This document shows positions 11,957 through 22,832 of a stretch of 64,000 nt of DNA, in pieces (position 1 is the stretch's first letter; each line of letters begins with the position of its first letter). This DNA comes from Podarcis melisellensis (lineage: Eukaryota). Below the pieces are notes generated by a model. It was given only the letters and a program-made list of their open reading frames with translations, was not told the origin of the DNA and did not search any database. The position numbers were made by a program, and so were the translations under genes. The DNA is taken from NCBI GenBank assembly GCA_964234715.1, contig OZ174280.1; one strand, written 5' to 3'.

Positions 11957-12468
11957 TAGCAAATATGAGAATGTGGACTGCATTCATCAGGGTGGTCTTG
12001 GAGCCGAGTACCAAACGTGCTGAACAATTACGATTGCAGGATATAATAAAATTGAAAGCTTCCTTCCAGATCACTCTCACAACGGCTCTTGGAAGAAGAA
12101 GGAGAAAAATAGAAAGAAAGCTGTTTCGCAAGAAGCTACCCAAAGAAGGCAGATATGACCGCCAATTTTCTTCTGCTTGAGCTTTTGAGTGTTCACTTTG
12201 GAACCTCACAAGGTGAAAGCTAACCCTCTGAAACCCAGTGGGACATCTGAAATACACATTAAATGGGCAGCACTTTAGTTGTTTCATAGTTTAGCCACAA
12301 AACTGGATTATTATTAATATTGATCACAGTAGGACAGCTAGAGCAAAAGGAAGTATGTAGTGATGGGTTATATTTCAGAAAGTTGGATATGTCCTTTAAA
12401 AATAGTGTTTCAATGCCTTTACTGCTATGAACAATTCTTGTCCGTCTGTCTCTCAAGTTGGGATAAGG

Positions 12469-12591
12469 TAAGTTTACCAGACATCCCCGTTTCCCGGGGA
12501 CAGTCCCTGGATTTACAAATCAGTCCCCTACAAAATCCATTGAAGTTGAAAAGTGTCCCCAGATTCATTGGGAAAAAATCTGGTAACCTTA
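12469..12591. mobile_element. Small hAT MITE
   Basis: TIRs taagtttaccaga / tctggtaacctta. TSD GGATAAGG / GGGTAAGG matches at 7 of 8. Confidence 0.75.
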
Positions 12592-12622
12592 GGGTAAGGT
12601 GTCTTTTGGTTAAATGCTGGTA

Positions 12623-12848
12623 CAGTGGTACCTCGGGTTACATACGCTTCAGGTTACAGACTCCGCTAACCCAGAAATAGTGCTTCAGGTTAAGAACTTT
12701 GCTTCAGGATAAGAACAAAAATCGTGCTCCGGCGGCACGGCAGCAGCAGGAGGCCCCATTAGCTAAAGTGGTGCTTCCGATTAAGAACAGTTTCAGGTTA
12801 AGAACGGACCTCCAGAACGAATTAAGTACTTAACCCGAGGTACCACTG
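12623..12848. mobile_element. Tc1/mariner (Tigger-like) MITE
   Basis: TIRs cagtggtacctcgggtta / taacccgaggtaccactg with TA on both sides. Confidence 0.9.
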
Positions 12849-13079
12849 TAGTTTCCAGTTGTGGCATTCCCATGGAATATGTAGTTGATGGGGTAAGAGA
12901 GTACTCACAAAGGTGTTCCTGATAACAGCAGTCCCTTTCCCAAAAGGGAATCTGAATGGTGCTCATGATGGATGCAGCTCCTGGTGTGTCCCAGAGTTTA
13001 CTTTTGCCATGCAACAGGCTTCATTTCCTTCCAAATAATGGCTGTTTCTCATTCAGGAAGAGCAGATTCCAATCCGCTG

Positions 13080-13230
13080 CTATCAGCTGTCTGGAGGCAG
13101 TAATGGGCCGGATGGGGGCCAATAAAATGAAGCCCGGTCCTGACAAGATACCAGTGCTGTGAACTGGTGGTTCCCAAGCTTTGAGTCAACAACTTAAAAG
13201 GTATTGTTTCACTCTTAAGACATTGGTTCC
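13080..13230 (+). mobile_element. Old L2 RT fragment
   Basis: Translates to CLEAVMGRMGANKMKPGPDK (cf. CLxxVxxWMxANKLKLNPDK). Confidence 0.6.
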
Positions 13231-13794
13231 TTCATGGATCTATTCTCTACCCCACCCCAGATTTGCCCTGATTTGATTCCAATGGCCGTGATGACTATGA
13301 GATGATAGGAATTAAACTTATACTCTGCTCTGGAAGGTTTATCATAGATTTGAAAGAAAATATGTTCATTGAATCTGTTCCAAGAGTCCTAGGTATAGTA
13401 ATAGTGACTCCTTTCCAGCTCTGGCTTCAGGAAGCATTTAGAAGATCTTTCTCCTCTCTTCTCAAAACTGGATTGGTCTCTCAGGAAATTTTCCTATGAG
13501 AACCTTGGTAATTCTTGGTTGTGTGTACCCCAGAAATACATTGACAAAGGCTCTGCATATTTCAACACTTCTTACAGACTTTGGCAGAAGCATGAAATAC
13601 AAAAACAGAAAACATTTGATAGTATGTGAGTGAAAGACAACCATTTCTTTTTATTAATCTGACAATTAAGATCACCGATTTAGCTAAGGTTCTGGCTGCA
13701 GTTCAGAGTGCATAGAAAGGAATTTTGAACCAAATATGTGACCATTGTAAAAGTGCAAACCAATGTAGCTGCATTTCTACAGCAATGAGATGTA

Positions 13795-14037
13795 CAGTGG
13801 TACCTCAGGTTACATGCGCTTCAGGTTACATTACGCTTCAGGTTACAGACTCCGCTAACCCAGAAATAATGCCTCGGGTTAAGAACTTTGCTTCAGGATG
13901 AGAACAGAAATCGTGCTCCGGCGGCGCAGCAGCAGCGGGAGGCCCCATTAGCTAAAGTGCTGCTTCAGGTTAAGAACAGTTTCAGGTTAAGAACGGACCT
14001 CCAGAACGAATTAAGTACTTAACCTGAGGTACCACTG
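13795..14037. mobile_element. Tc1/mariner (Tigger-like) MITE
   Basis: Same family as 12623-12848, with both TIRs and TA TSD. Confidence 0.9.
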
Positions 14038-15022
14038 TACCAATTTACACTAGTTGAAAAGATGCAGGGGAAATTTCCTTGCGATTCAGACAAAATGTTG
14101 ATGTTCTTCACTCCTGGTTTTGTCTTATCTGCAAGTTGCTGTTCAGTTAACTATGGATAGAATTTTATTCCCCTGGATTATCAGGCTTGCAGTGCAACTC
14201 TGCAAGTTGTCCACAGCAGAGTTTTGGAGCTTGGGGGGACTGTGGGGAGATGCTATATGTTCACATACACCTTTTTAGTATTTTAAGCACCATTTTCGGT
14301 ATGATTTTTAAACAGATAAACCACTTTGCTAAAGAGAGGCAGCGTCAGCTTTCACTGGTTTGTCAGATCAGGGCCACGTGACTTCTGTTCTCCAGGGCAA
14401 TCCAACACTACTTCATGTTGCCTGGTCTATTTCACGAAACAGCATAACTCCTGATCACTCAGGGGGCCAAGTAAATTGATTGCCCAGTAGAGATGGCCAT
14501 TAAGGAAAGGTCAAATGAAATTGCACTGGGGGGCTTTCAAAGTGGTTGTTTAAGACACATATTGCAGGTAAGGGTTCTTTCCCCAGGGCCAGTTTCGCTG
14601 TATGTTCATCACGGCTGCTCCTTATCATCTGTGTTTTTCATTATGCCTTTGTGCATGGAGGTGGAAAAGCACTCTAAATAATGAACTAAGCTGAAAACAC
14701 AGAGATCCATTTGCAGAGCAATGAGCAGGGCCTTAATAGCACACCTCATCTCCAAGCTGATGAGAGTCACACAAGGCTCCATCTAGCACATCATGCTGGA
14801 AACCTACCACACTGTAAATATTTACTAATGACACATGCTGCTGATTAAACATTACTTTCTCCTTCCCCAAGGAGACTTTATAGCTAGCCTTAAAAATAGT
14901 AGTATGTGAGGAACAGTATCAGCATGACATTCTAATAAAAGCCATCTCTCCTTAAGAAGACTACATCAAGAGCACACTAATTTAGGAAATCAGATATACC
15001 ATTTCATCCTGCAGGATGTCAG

Positions 15023-15545
15023 AGGCAAACCAGCATGGCTTCCATACAGGTGAACCCTGTTTCACTTTTCAGAATTCTGTGAGTGTCAACAGTCATATGG
15101 CTGGAGGTGATCCAGAGAACAATGTGTGCTTAGATTTTCAAAAAGCTTTCAATAAAGCCCCTCCCAAAACATCCTGACCTGAGTAAACTTAGAATTCACA
15201 GGGTAAGAGAACAGCTCCCCTTATGGATCACCAACTGGTTGAAGAATAGGAAGAATAGAAAGCACTACAATATGTAGTGATGGTCACCTGGGTGGCTTTA
15301 AAGGGGCTTTAGATAAATTCATTAATGATGAAGCCAAGATGGCTGTGTACCACCTTCAAAGGTTTAGAAGGTAATATACCTCTAAGAACCAGTTACGAAG
15401 AATCACAAATGTGGAGACTACTATTGTGCTCAAATCTTGCTTGCATGCTTCCCATAGGCATCTGGTTGGCCACTGTGAGAAGAGGGTGTTGGACTAAGAT
15501 GGGCCTTCAGGTCTGTTCCAACAAAGGTCTTCTGTTCCTATCCTT
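15023..15545 (+). mobile_element. CR1 LINE fragment with a large internal deletion
   Basis: RT motifs NQHGF, LDFQKAFNK and LWITNWL are joined at about 15270 directly to the CR1 3' UTR (ggcatctggttggccactgtgaga...). Confidence 0.8.
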
Positions 15546-18500
15546 ACCTTTGATAGTTTGTAGAACAGGTGGGACTTGCCAAGCAGAAAAATAAAAACGG
15601 CATCTACTAGCATTTCTTCTTCTGCACAACTTATCAGCATACAAGAGGCTGATCATCCGGTCCCAGTGGCCAAAAGTTAAGAAGCTGATCTCTACCGGAT
15701 GTCAGGGACTATAAAGAAATCAGTGTGGGTGGGCTGTGCAATCTGTGTGGCTAGTTTCATGCCAAGGATGTCCCATGGGTATATGAGAGGAAGAAAGGAA
15801 CAGAGATAAACAGCACTCCCTCCAGTAGGGTCAGATCTCATTTGCAAGCCAACTTACAAGGAGAAAAAACTCGAACGATGTAATTCCCCACCACCACCAC
15901 CACCACTACTACAACATTCATTTTTCAAATACATCCCTGCATCATCCTAATAAGCAGCCGTGATGTTCTTACTGGGAGAATGTAGGCACAGCATCACACC
16001 ACTGTGCTGGCCGTTACTGGAGGCAAGTTACAAAACCAAAGAAAAATGCAGACCAACAGACCTCAGCCTCAATCCCATCGCAAACAAGTAGACTCATATG
16101 AAGATGCATATTATCCACATTAAAAACTTATCATCCAGATTGCTCAACGGGGGCTGCATAAACACTGTGCATCCAGATCATATATCCATATTGGCTGCTC
16201 ATATGAAAGCATTCCTTTGGTGTAGATTTCCCTTGTTGGATTGGAACAGCTATTTGAATGTAACAAAAAGTGTTTGATAGTCTTTAAGATGCCATTAGAC
16301 TCATGTTGTTTATCTGCCAAAGACCAACCACTACTACCACTCTGGAAATTACGTATTTAAAGCGCTGAAGGAGGGAAAGATCACCTGCAATTATTCTGAA
16401 TACTTTATTTCTGTTATTCATTCATTTGCATTCCTATACCCTTATTTATCTCATAGCAAAAAGAGGGGAATTTTGAAGAATCTCTGAAGAGGTACAAAAT
16501 ACTAACATCTGAATGAAAATTAATGGGACATTGGTACCAAAATGAAATATTCATGGATATTTGTAACTGTGGAAAAATAAATTGTTTAAGACATTTACAG
16601 GTCTCCCCAGTTAGGAAGCTAGGGATAACTTATCTCCTTCACCATGTGAAGGAGGGCTAAAGTATTACAACTGGATTGATTATTTGTTACCTAGTGTATC
16701 TAAAAGTGCTATAAAAATACCAATCTGCAATACATAGCTGCCCATAAAATATTAGCAGGGAGGTCAGAAGACTCTGACACTGATTGTGTAACCCCACACA
16801 TTACCACCCACTGTTTATTTTTAATTCCCCTCTTGGGAATTTCAGAGGTTTTAGAGCAGGAAGACGAGCATCTACTTCAATCCTCCTGCAAGTTCTCTAC
16901 AATTTTCTTAATCCTGCCTTTTGAATTCTTATTTATGGCGTACTTATTACACAATTCTCCTTCTCCTTCTCCAGAAGGAGGGAATCTCCAGGGAATCTCC
17001 TACAATGATCATTATTTGTAGGGATTATGAATAATCAGCGCACATTCTTATGGCTCGTGGAATAAAACGCACCCTCCTGACCTTTTAAAATGCCTTTTTT
17101 TAAAAATGCTATACCAATCGCATTTCTCATTACTAGCATCCATGATGACCTGCATCTGCCTTTTAGGACTGCATGAATCTCCAAATAGCCTATTGGAAAA
17201 TCTAAGACAAAGAAGTTGGTGAGACATAAACAACAGTAGAAAATATATGTTGTTGTTGTGTAAGCAAGGATAAAATAGAAAGGGATCTAGGGTTGACACT
17301 TACACACCACCAAAAACGAGGATAAAAGAGGATGCAAAATAGAGGGCAGTCAGGTTCCCGCCCTGTTGAACTTCCAGCGCCTACTGAAGACTTTTTTTGA
17401 AAAATTCCAGCAGGCATTTCCATTGAACTTTAATTTCATAGTTTTAACCTATTTTTATTTTCATTGCATGGAGTTTCTTATACACTGTTTAAAGATTACT
17501 GTAATGAAATGGTATATAAATTGTCTAAATGAATGAATATGCTAATATATATGCATCAATGCAAATTTGAAAAAGAATTGTTATAAGTGAAATTGAAATA
17601 CTGTAGTGCATATCTAACGATAATGGAGAAGTCCAAGAATAGGCCACTTGTGTGGCCACTGAGTCACCCATCCTAGTGATAATGGTTGATGAGCAACTTG
17701 AAGGCTCTCCCTTTCTAGTCAGTCCCTCCTTCTGGTTCTTTACCTTTAAAACAGACTTAGACTGGAAAGATCTATTGCACCCAAAGCTCTGCAAATCTTG
17801 CGTCGATTGCAATAGGCTGGTACAGCCAGTGTTAGAAACTGAGATATGAAAGCTAGGAGCTAAATGGCACCTTAAACCTAGGTTATGGGTGCAACAACAG
17901 AATGTCTAGGCACACTTTTTTATAACGAGAATACAAAGTAGAAAATGAATGAACTGCTGCTAAAAATATTATGTCCATTTTTCACATGATCTTGTCCTCA
18001 TCTGAAGATTGCAACATTCAAAGCCATGCTTCCCCTGCCCACCCACCTAATATTCTTAAAAGGGTCCCTTCTCCATTCTTCAGAGTGGTTGGAAGTGGGG
18101 AGGTAGAAAAAGGGCCTCCTTTCCTTCCACTCTGCAGACACGCCCTGGATTCTCCCTTCAACCCTTTCCCTTCATATATATTTTTGGCACCAAAATTAAC
18201 GCATATTAAAGACCTATACAACTGATAGGTCTTGATCTTTGGGCAGTGGACCAACTTTGAATCCAGCAGAGTCATTGCTAGTCCTGCTCTGCTCCTATAA
18301 TGCCCCCATTTTGGGGCGCTATTGCCATCAGTGGTTTTGGGCAGGTGCAATGAAGACCTCCATGCTGACAGAGTCCCTATGGCTGCCCAACTCTCCATGC
18401 TAGGCCTTGACAGAGGGCTACTGCCACCTGTTACTAACCTAATTCAACAACTAGGATTGGGAGTTAGGAATTGTACTGAAAGTCCAATTGAACTCAATGC

Positions 18501-18583
18501 AGCATACTTGAGAATAAACCTGTAGAGAAGTATATTTTAAATGCTCCAATCAAACATTTTTCCCCCATGCAATCATTGCTGAT

Positions 18584-18584
<1 letters not shown>

Positions 18585-18636
<52 letters not shown>
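18585..18636. repeat. Compound (CT)n(CA)n microsatellite
   Basis: Seen directly in the sequence. Confidence 0.95.
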
Positions 18637-18639
<3 letters not shown>

Positions 18640-18691
18640 AAATGGATTCTTATTATACAGTCTATTGAGCAGAATACTTAAAGATGCCCAA

Positions 18692-19188
18692 TGTCCTGAA
18701 CCCCTGGCCTACCAGGCAGCAAGTCAGTATGTCAAGTCCAAATTTCAAAGGTGGGGGATCAATCAGCACAAGCAAAGTCCAAAATTCAAAGGTCAGGAAA
18801 CGCAGTGGAGGCTCAATCCAAGTAGCCGAGTCTGAAGTCCAGCAGTCAGGATACAGTCCAGAGTCAACCCCAAACCATAGTCTCATAGAGGTCCAGGAGC
18901 ATCCAAGACAGGGTCAGCTGAGCAGAAACAGCACCTCAGCTCTGCTTCCCTTTTGTATATTGTACGCTGATTTCAGCATCTGGGCTTGAGGAGGCAGGTG
19001 ACCCTATTCTAAGTCTACTCCAGCTGAAGAATCACACACCTCCTCCCATTCAATATTTGAAGCTGTTGGTCTTGATGGGGGCTTGTTGGAGGCTTAGGGC
19101 CTGGTTACCTAAATGAATGCCTGTTCCTATGTTGTCCTGCATTTGACTTGAGATTTGCCTGGGTTGACCTGTTGGTTCTACTATCACA
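18692..19188 (-). mobile_element. Possible degraded Gypsy-type solo LTR
   Basis: Begins TGT, has repeated agtcc/agtca motifs and a candidate end ATCACA. There is no matching TSD. Confidence 0.3.
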
Positions 19189-20769
19189 ACAAAGTTATCA
19201 GATCTCATAATAAGAGTCTTCTCAAAGATGGCACCCAAGAGATAGAACACTCATCACTCAGAGGTTTGACTAGCACTGACGCATATAGCTTTTGGTATCA
19301 TGTGAAAGCATTGCTCATAAGACCCTTTAGAAAATAAAGCAGCTTCTGTTGTGGTTCAGTTGTATGCATCAGTTTTATGTTGATGTGTTTTTGTATGTTG
19401 AAATTGTTTGTATGTTTGGTATGTTGAAATTCCCCCTATCGAAGATGAAAGGAGGGGGTTATACATTTTTTTAAAAATCATTGAAGTAATGGGGAACGCT
19501 TTGCACTGTTCTGTCATAAGTTACTATGAAAAATCCTTCAATACGTTATTTTTCTGTAGGTTGCCATTCGATGTTTCTCTGACATTTCTTAAATGGAGGC
19601 AATATTTTAGACCCAGATGTCCATGTTAAATAAAGTGCTACTCAAACATCTTCTCATCCTCCTCCTGTGATCTGTTCTAATAAGGGTGGGGAGGTGTTTT
19701 CTTTTTAGTTCAGCACTGGGGAGGGTAGAAATCAAAGGGGCTGCAATGAATGTAGCAAAACTACACTGTCTAAGATTAGTAGGCATTGGCTGCAAATTGA
19801 ACAGAATTAATGGCGGCAAAAGGCAGCACAGGTCAAATGTTCCTTTCCACAAGGACTCACAAAGGGGGCTCTCTCGTGGATGGATAATGCCCTTTGAAGT
19901 GATTGCAGCCAGACTTTTTGAGGTATTGGACTGTCTCCAATCTCTCTCTCTCTGCTTTCCGCCCCCCTTCAGTCTGAATGGATTATGTGACAGCCTGTCG
20001 ATCCAGTTTGAATGACTGGCAGAGGCCTATCAAGACCAGCAGAAGTCAATTAATCCTTTGCTTACACATGGCCTTTCTGAGCCAAGCTAAATTTTTATAA
20101 CCGGAAACTGTTCTGTTTCAAATTCTACCCTCACACTTTCACATCCACTCTGAAAGAAAGTATGTGAATTAAACACATGTGTAGCTGCACACACACACAC
20201 TTGAAAAAGAAAGAACCTTGAACACTTAACAGGTTGGTTTGCCTTTTTGCAGCAGGAAAACATAATGCCTTTAACAAAACTACTCCAATTTAGAAATCAA
20301 GAGAGACAGATTAGCATTTCTGACAGGTCTCCTGGGAAAACAAGAATGAGCAGCCCCTTTATAAAGCAAAGGTCAAATCGATGTGTGGATTCTCCTGATC
20401 TCCAAGAGTTAAGTGAGGCTGCAGTTATTTGACTGCAATTCTCCAGGGCCAAATTCCAAAATGCCACAGTTGCTCAATTGCCTTTATACTAGACATCACT
20501 CAACATCTACTATCCTTAACCCATTGCATTCAGATTGGGATATACACTGCGTAAATTACTTCCACTACCAAAGGCAATTTTAAAAGGTGGATTTGAATTA
20601 TAGGCTTGAGAATCTGGATAAATTTATACACAATCTTTTGAGGGTATTTCAATGGAAGTGACAGAAGATATATATATATATACGAAAATCTACGAAAGCA
20701 TATATATATATATATATATATATGCAGGTTTTGGTGTCCTCGGGTGTCTTCCCGTGTAAAAGTTGGGGT

Positions 20770-20817
20770 GTCTAGGCGACGTTTCGACGAGGTCTCACTC
20801 GTCATCTTCAGGCTGGT
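20770..20817 (-). ncRNA. Minimal type I hammerhead ribozyme motif (second copy, minus strand)
   Basis: Exact reverse complement of 22709-22756 (tctaggcgacgtttcgacgaggtctcactcgtcatcttcaggctgg). Confidence 0.85.
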
Positions 20818-21650
20818 GCTTTCGGCTTCTTGTTACTGGAACAGAGCAGGATCTCAGTGTTTGAGTTCCTATAAATACTGTTGAGGGGGTGTGGTGTATA
20901 GCCTCCAATGTTCTGGGCAGAGAGGAAGTTCCCAGGCTAGTGTGCCTTTTCTTCTTTTGTTCCTTAATTACTTGAGGGATATCCTGAGTGATTTCTTGAG
21001 TGATATCCTGAGTACCACTTAGGTGGGTCATTAGGTGTGGATTAGTTGCTAAAGTCTTTGTGTCTTGACCTCTTGAACTTTGTGAAGAGTTTTTCTGAGA
21101 AGATGGCTGTACTGCACTTAGTTGTGCTCTGGCTTGGCTTCGTGTATAGGGGCAAGCTGTGGTTTTGTGGCTTGTGTCAGCCAGATCTGTGTAGGGATTG
21201 CAGGGGGGTGCAGCATCCGGAGGTGCCTCCATGGTTTGGCTACTGGATGGTGTCTGTAATTTATCTGTGGAGAGGGTCTGGGTTTGGGTCTGGTGTGGTT
21301 GATTGGTGATGGCGTTCTGTGTGCCTCTGGATCTGGTGTCAGTTTTTGTGGGGAGGGCTAATTTCCAGATGTCTGGCAAGCGGGATGTGTCGTCACGCTT
21401 GTTCATGTTGTGAGGGTGTTTCTCTATCTCGATGGCTTCCATGATTATTCTCTTGTGGTGATGTTCCATGTTAAAGAGCAATTTGGAATCTGCAAAATTA
21501 ATTTCGTGTCCTGTTTCTTTCATGTGTTGGAAAAGAGAGGAAGTTTTTTCTTCTTTTTTGACGGCATTCTTGTGTTCTGCGATACGTGCATTTATTCGTC
21601 TGTTTGTTTGTCCAATGTACGTGGCTGGGCAGACTTTGCAGGGTATTTCA
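20795..21650 (-). CDS. Inverted, further truncated copy of the PLE GIY-YIG and C-terminal extension
   Basis: ORF 20795..21523 matches the C-terminal 242 aa of the + copy except one R>C change. Homology runs up to 21650, where the first GVY motif is cut off. Confidence 0.85.
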
Positions 21651-22731
21651 AAACAGGGTTACGAAGCTAATCCAAAAAGAAACACCCCCCAAAAACCAAG
21701 ACACAGAAGAAAACAATGGCATGGCCCTCCTTCCTTATATCAAGGGCACTACAGATAAAATTAGCAAAATCCTCCATAAACACAATATCAAAACAGCCTT
21801 TTGCACCAACCAAAAAATAGCCAATATCCTCAGAAACCCCAAGGATAAAATCCAGTTGGAAAACCAAGGGGTCTATGAAATACCCTGCAAAGTCTGCCCA
21901 GCCACGTACATTGGACAAACAAACAGACGAATAAATGCACGTATCGCAGAACACAAGAATGCCGTCAAAAAAGAAGAAAAAACTTCCTCTCTTTTCCAAC
22001 ACATGAAAGAAACAGGACACGAAATTAATTTTGCAGATTCCAAATTGCTCTTTAACATGGAACATCACCACAAGAGAATAATCATGGAAGCCATCGAGAT
22101 AGAGAAACACCCTCACAACATGAACAAGCGTGACGACACATCCCGCTTGCCAGACATCTGGAAATTAGCCCTCCCCACAAAAACTGACACCAGATCCAGA
22201 GGCACACAGAACGCCATCACCAATCAACCACACCAGACCCAAACCCAGACCCTCTCCACAGATAAATTACAGACACCATCCAGTAGCCAAACCATGGAGG
22301 CACCTCCGGATGCTGCACCCCCCTGCAATCCCTACACAGATCTGGCTGACACAAGCCACAAAACCACAGCTCGCCCCTATACACGAAGCCAAGCCAGAGC
22401 ACAACTAAGTGCAGTACAGCCATCTTCTCAGAAAAACTCTTCACAAAGTTCAAGAGGTCAAGACACAAAGACTTTAGCAACTAATCCACACCTAATGACC
22501 CACCTAAGTGGTACTCAGGATATCACTCAAGAAATCACTCAGGATATCCCTCAAGTAATTAAGGAACAAAAGAAGAAAAGGCACACTAGCCTGGGAACTT
22601 CCTCTCTGCCCAGAACATTGGAGGCTATACACCACACCCCCTCAACAGTATTTATAGGAACTCAAACACTGAGATCCTGCTCTGTTCCAGTAACAAGAAG
22701 CCGAAAGCACCAGCCTGAAGATGACGAGTGA
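21651..22731 (+). CDS. 5'-truncated PLE polyprotein: RT thumb/linker, GIY-YIG endonuclease and S/T/Q/P-rich C-terminal extension
   Basis: ORF 21586..22731 contains LPYIKGTTDKISKIL, GVYEIPC-x-YIGQT-x-R-x-EH, EAIEI and NMNKRDD, all typical of the PLE GIY-YIG region. The first ~22 codons come from the antisense arm and are not genuine. Confidence 0.9.
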
Positions 22732-22756
22732 GACCTCGTCGAAACGTCGCCTAGAC
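22709..22756 (+). ncRNA. Minimal type I hammerhead ribozyme motif (PLE-associated)
   Basis: CTGAAGA (22715-22721), T, helix II GACGAG/CTCGTC with loop TGAGAC, then GAAAC (22741-22745) and GTC. The predicted cleavage site is after 22748. Helix III is reduced to the palindromic ACGT, and helix I is only ~2 bp. Confidence 0.85.
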
Positions 22757-22832
22757 ACCCCAACTTTTACACGGGAAGACACCCGAGGACACCAAAACCT
22801 GCATTCCTGTACCCGTGAAAATCTACGAAAGC

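Noticed and set aside
21586-21650. N-terminus MHLFVCLFVQCTW... of the 381-aa ORF
   Set aside because: This is antisense sequence from the inverted arm that happens to be in frame, with a GTG start. It is not the native N-terminus.
21046-22480. Antisense ORFs within the PLE arms (87, 86, 149 and 61 aa)
   Set aside because: Shadow frames of the PLE ORF, duplicated only because of the inversion.
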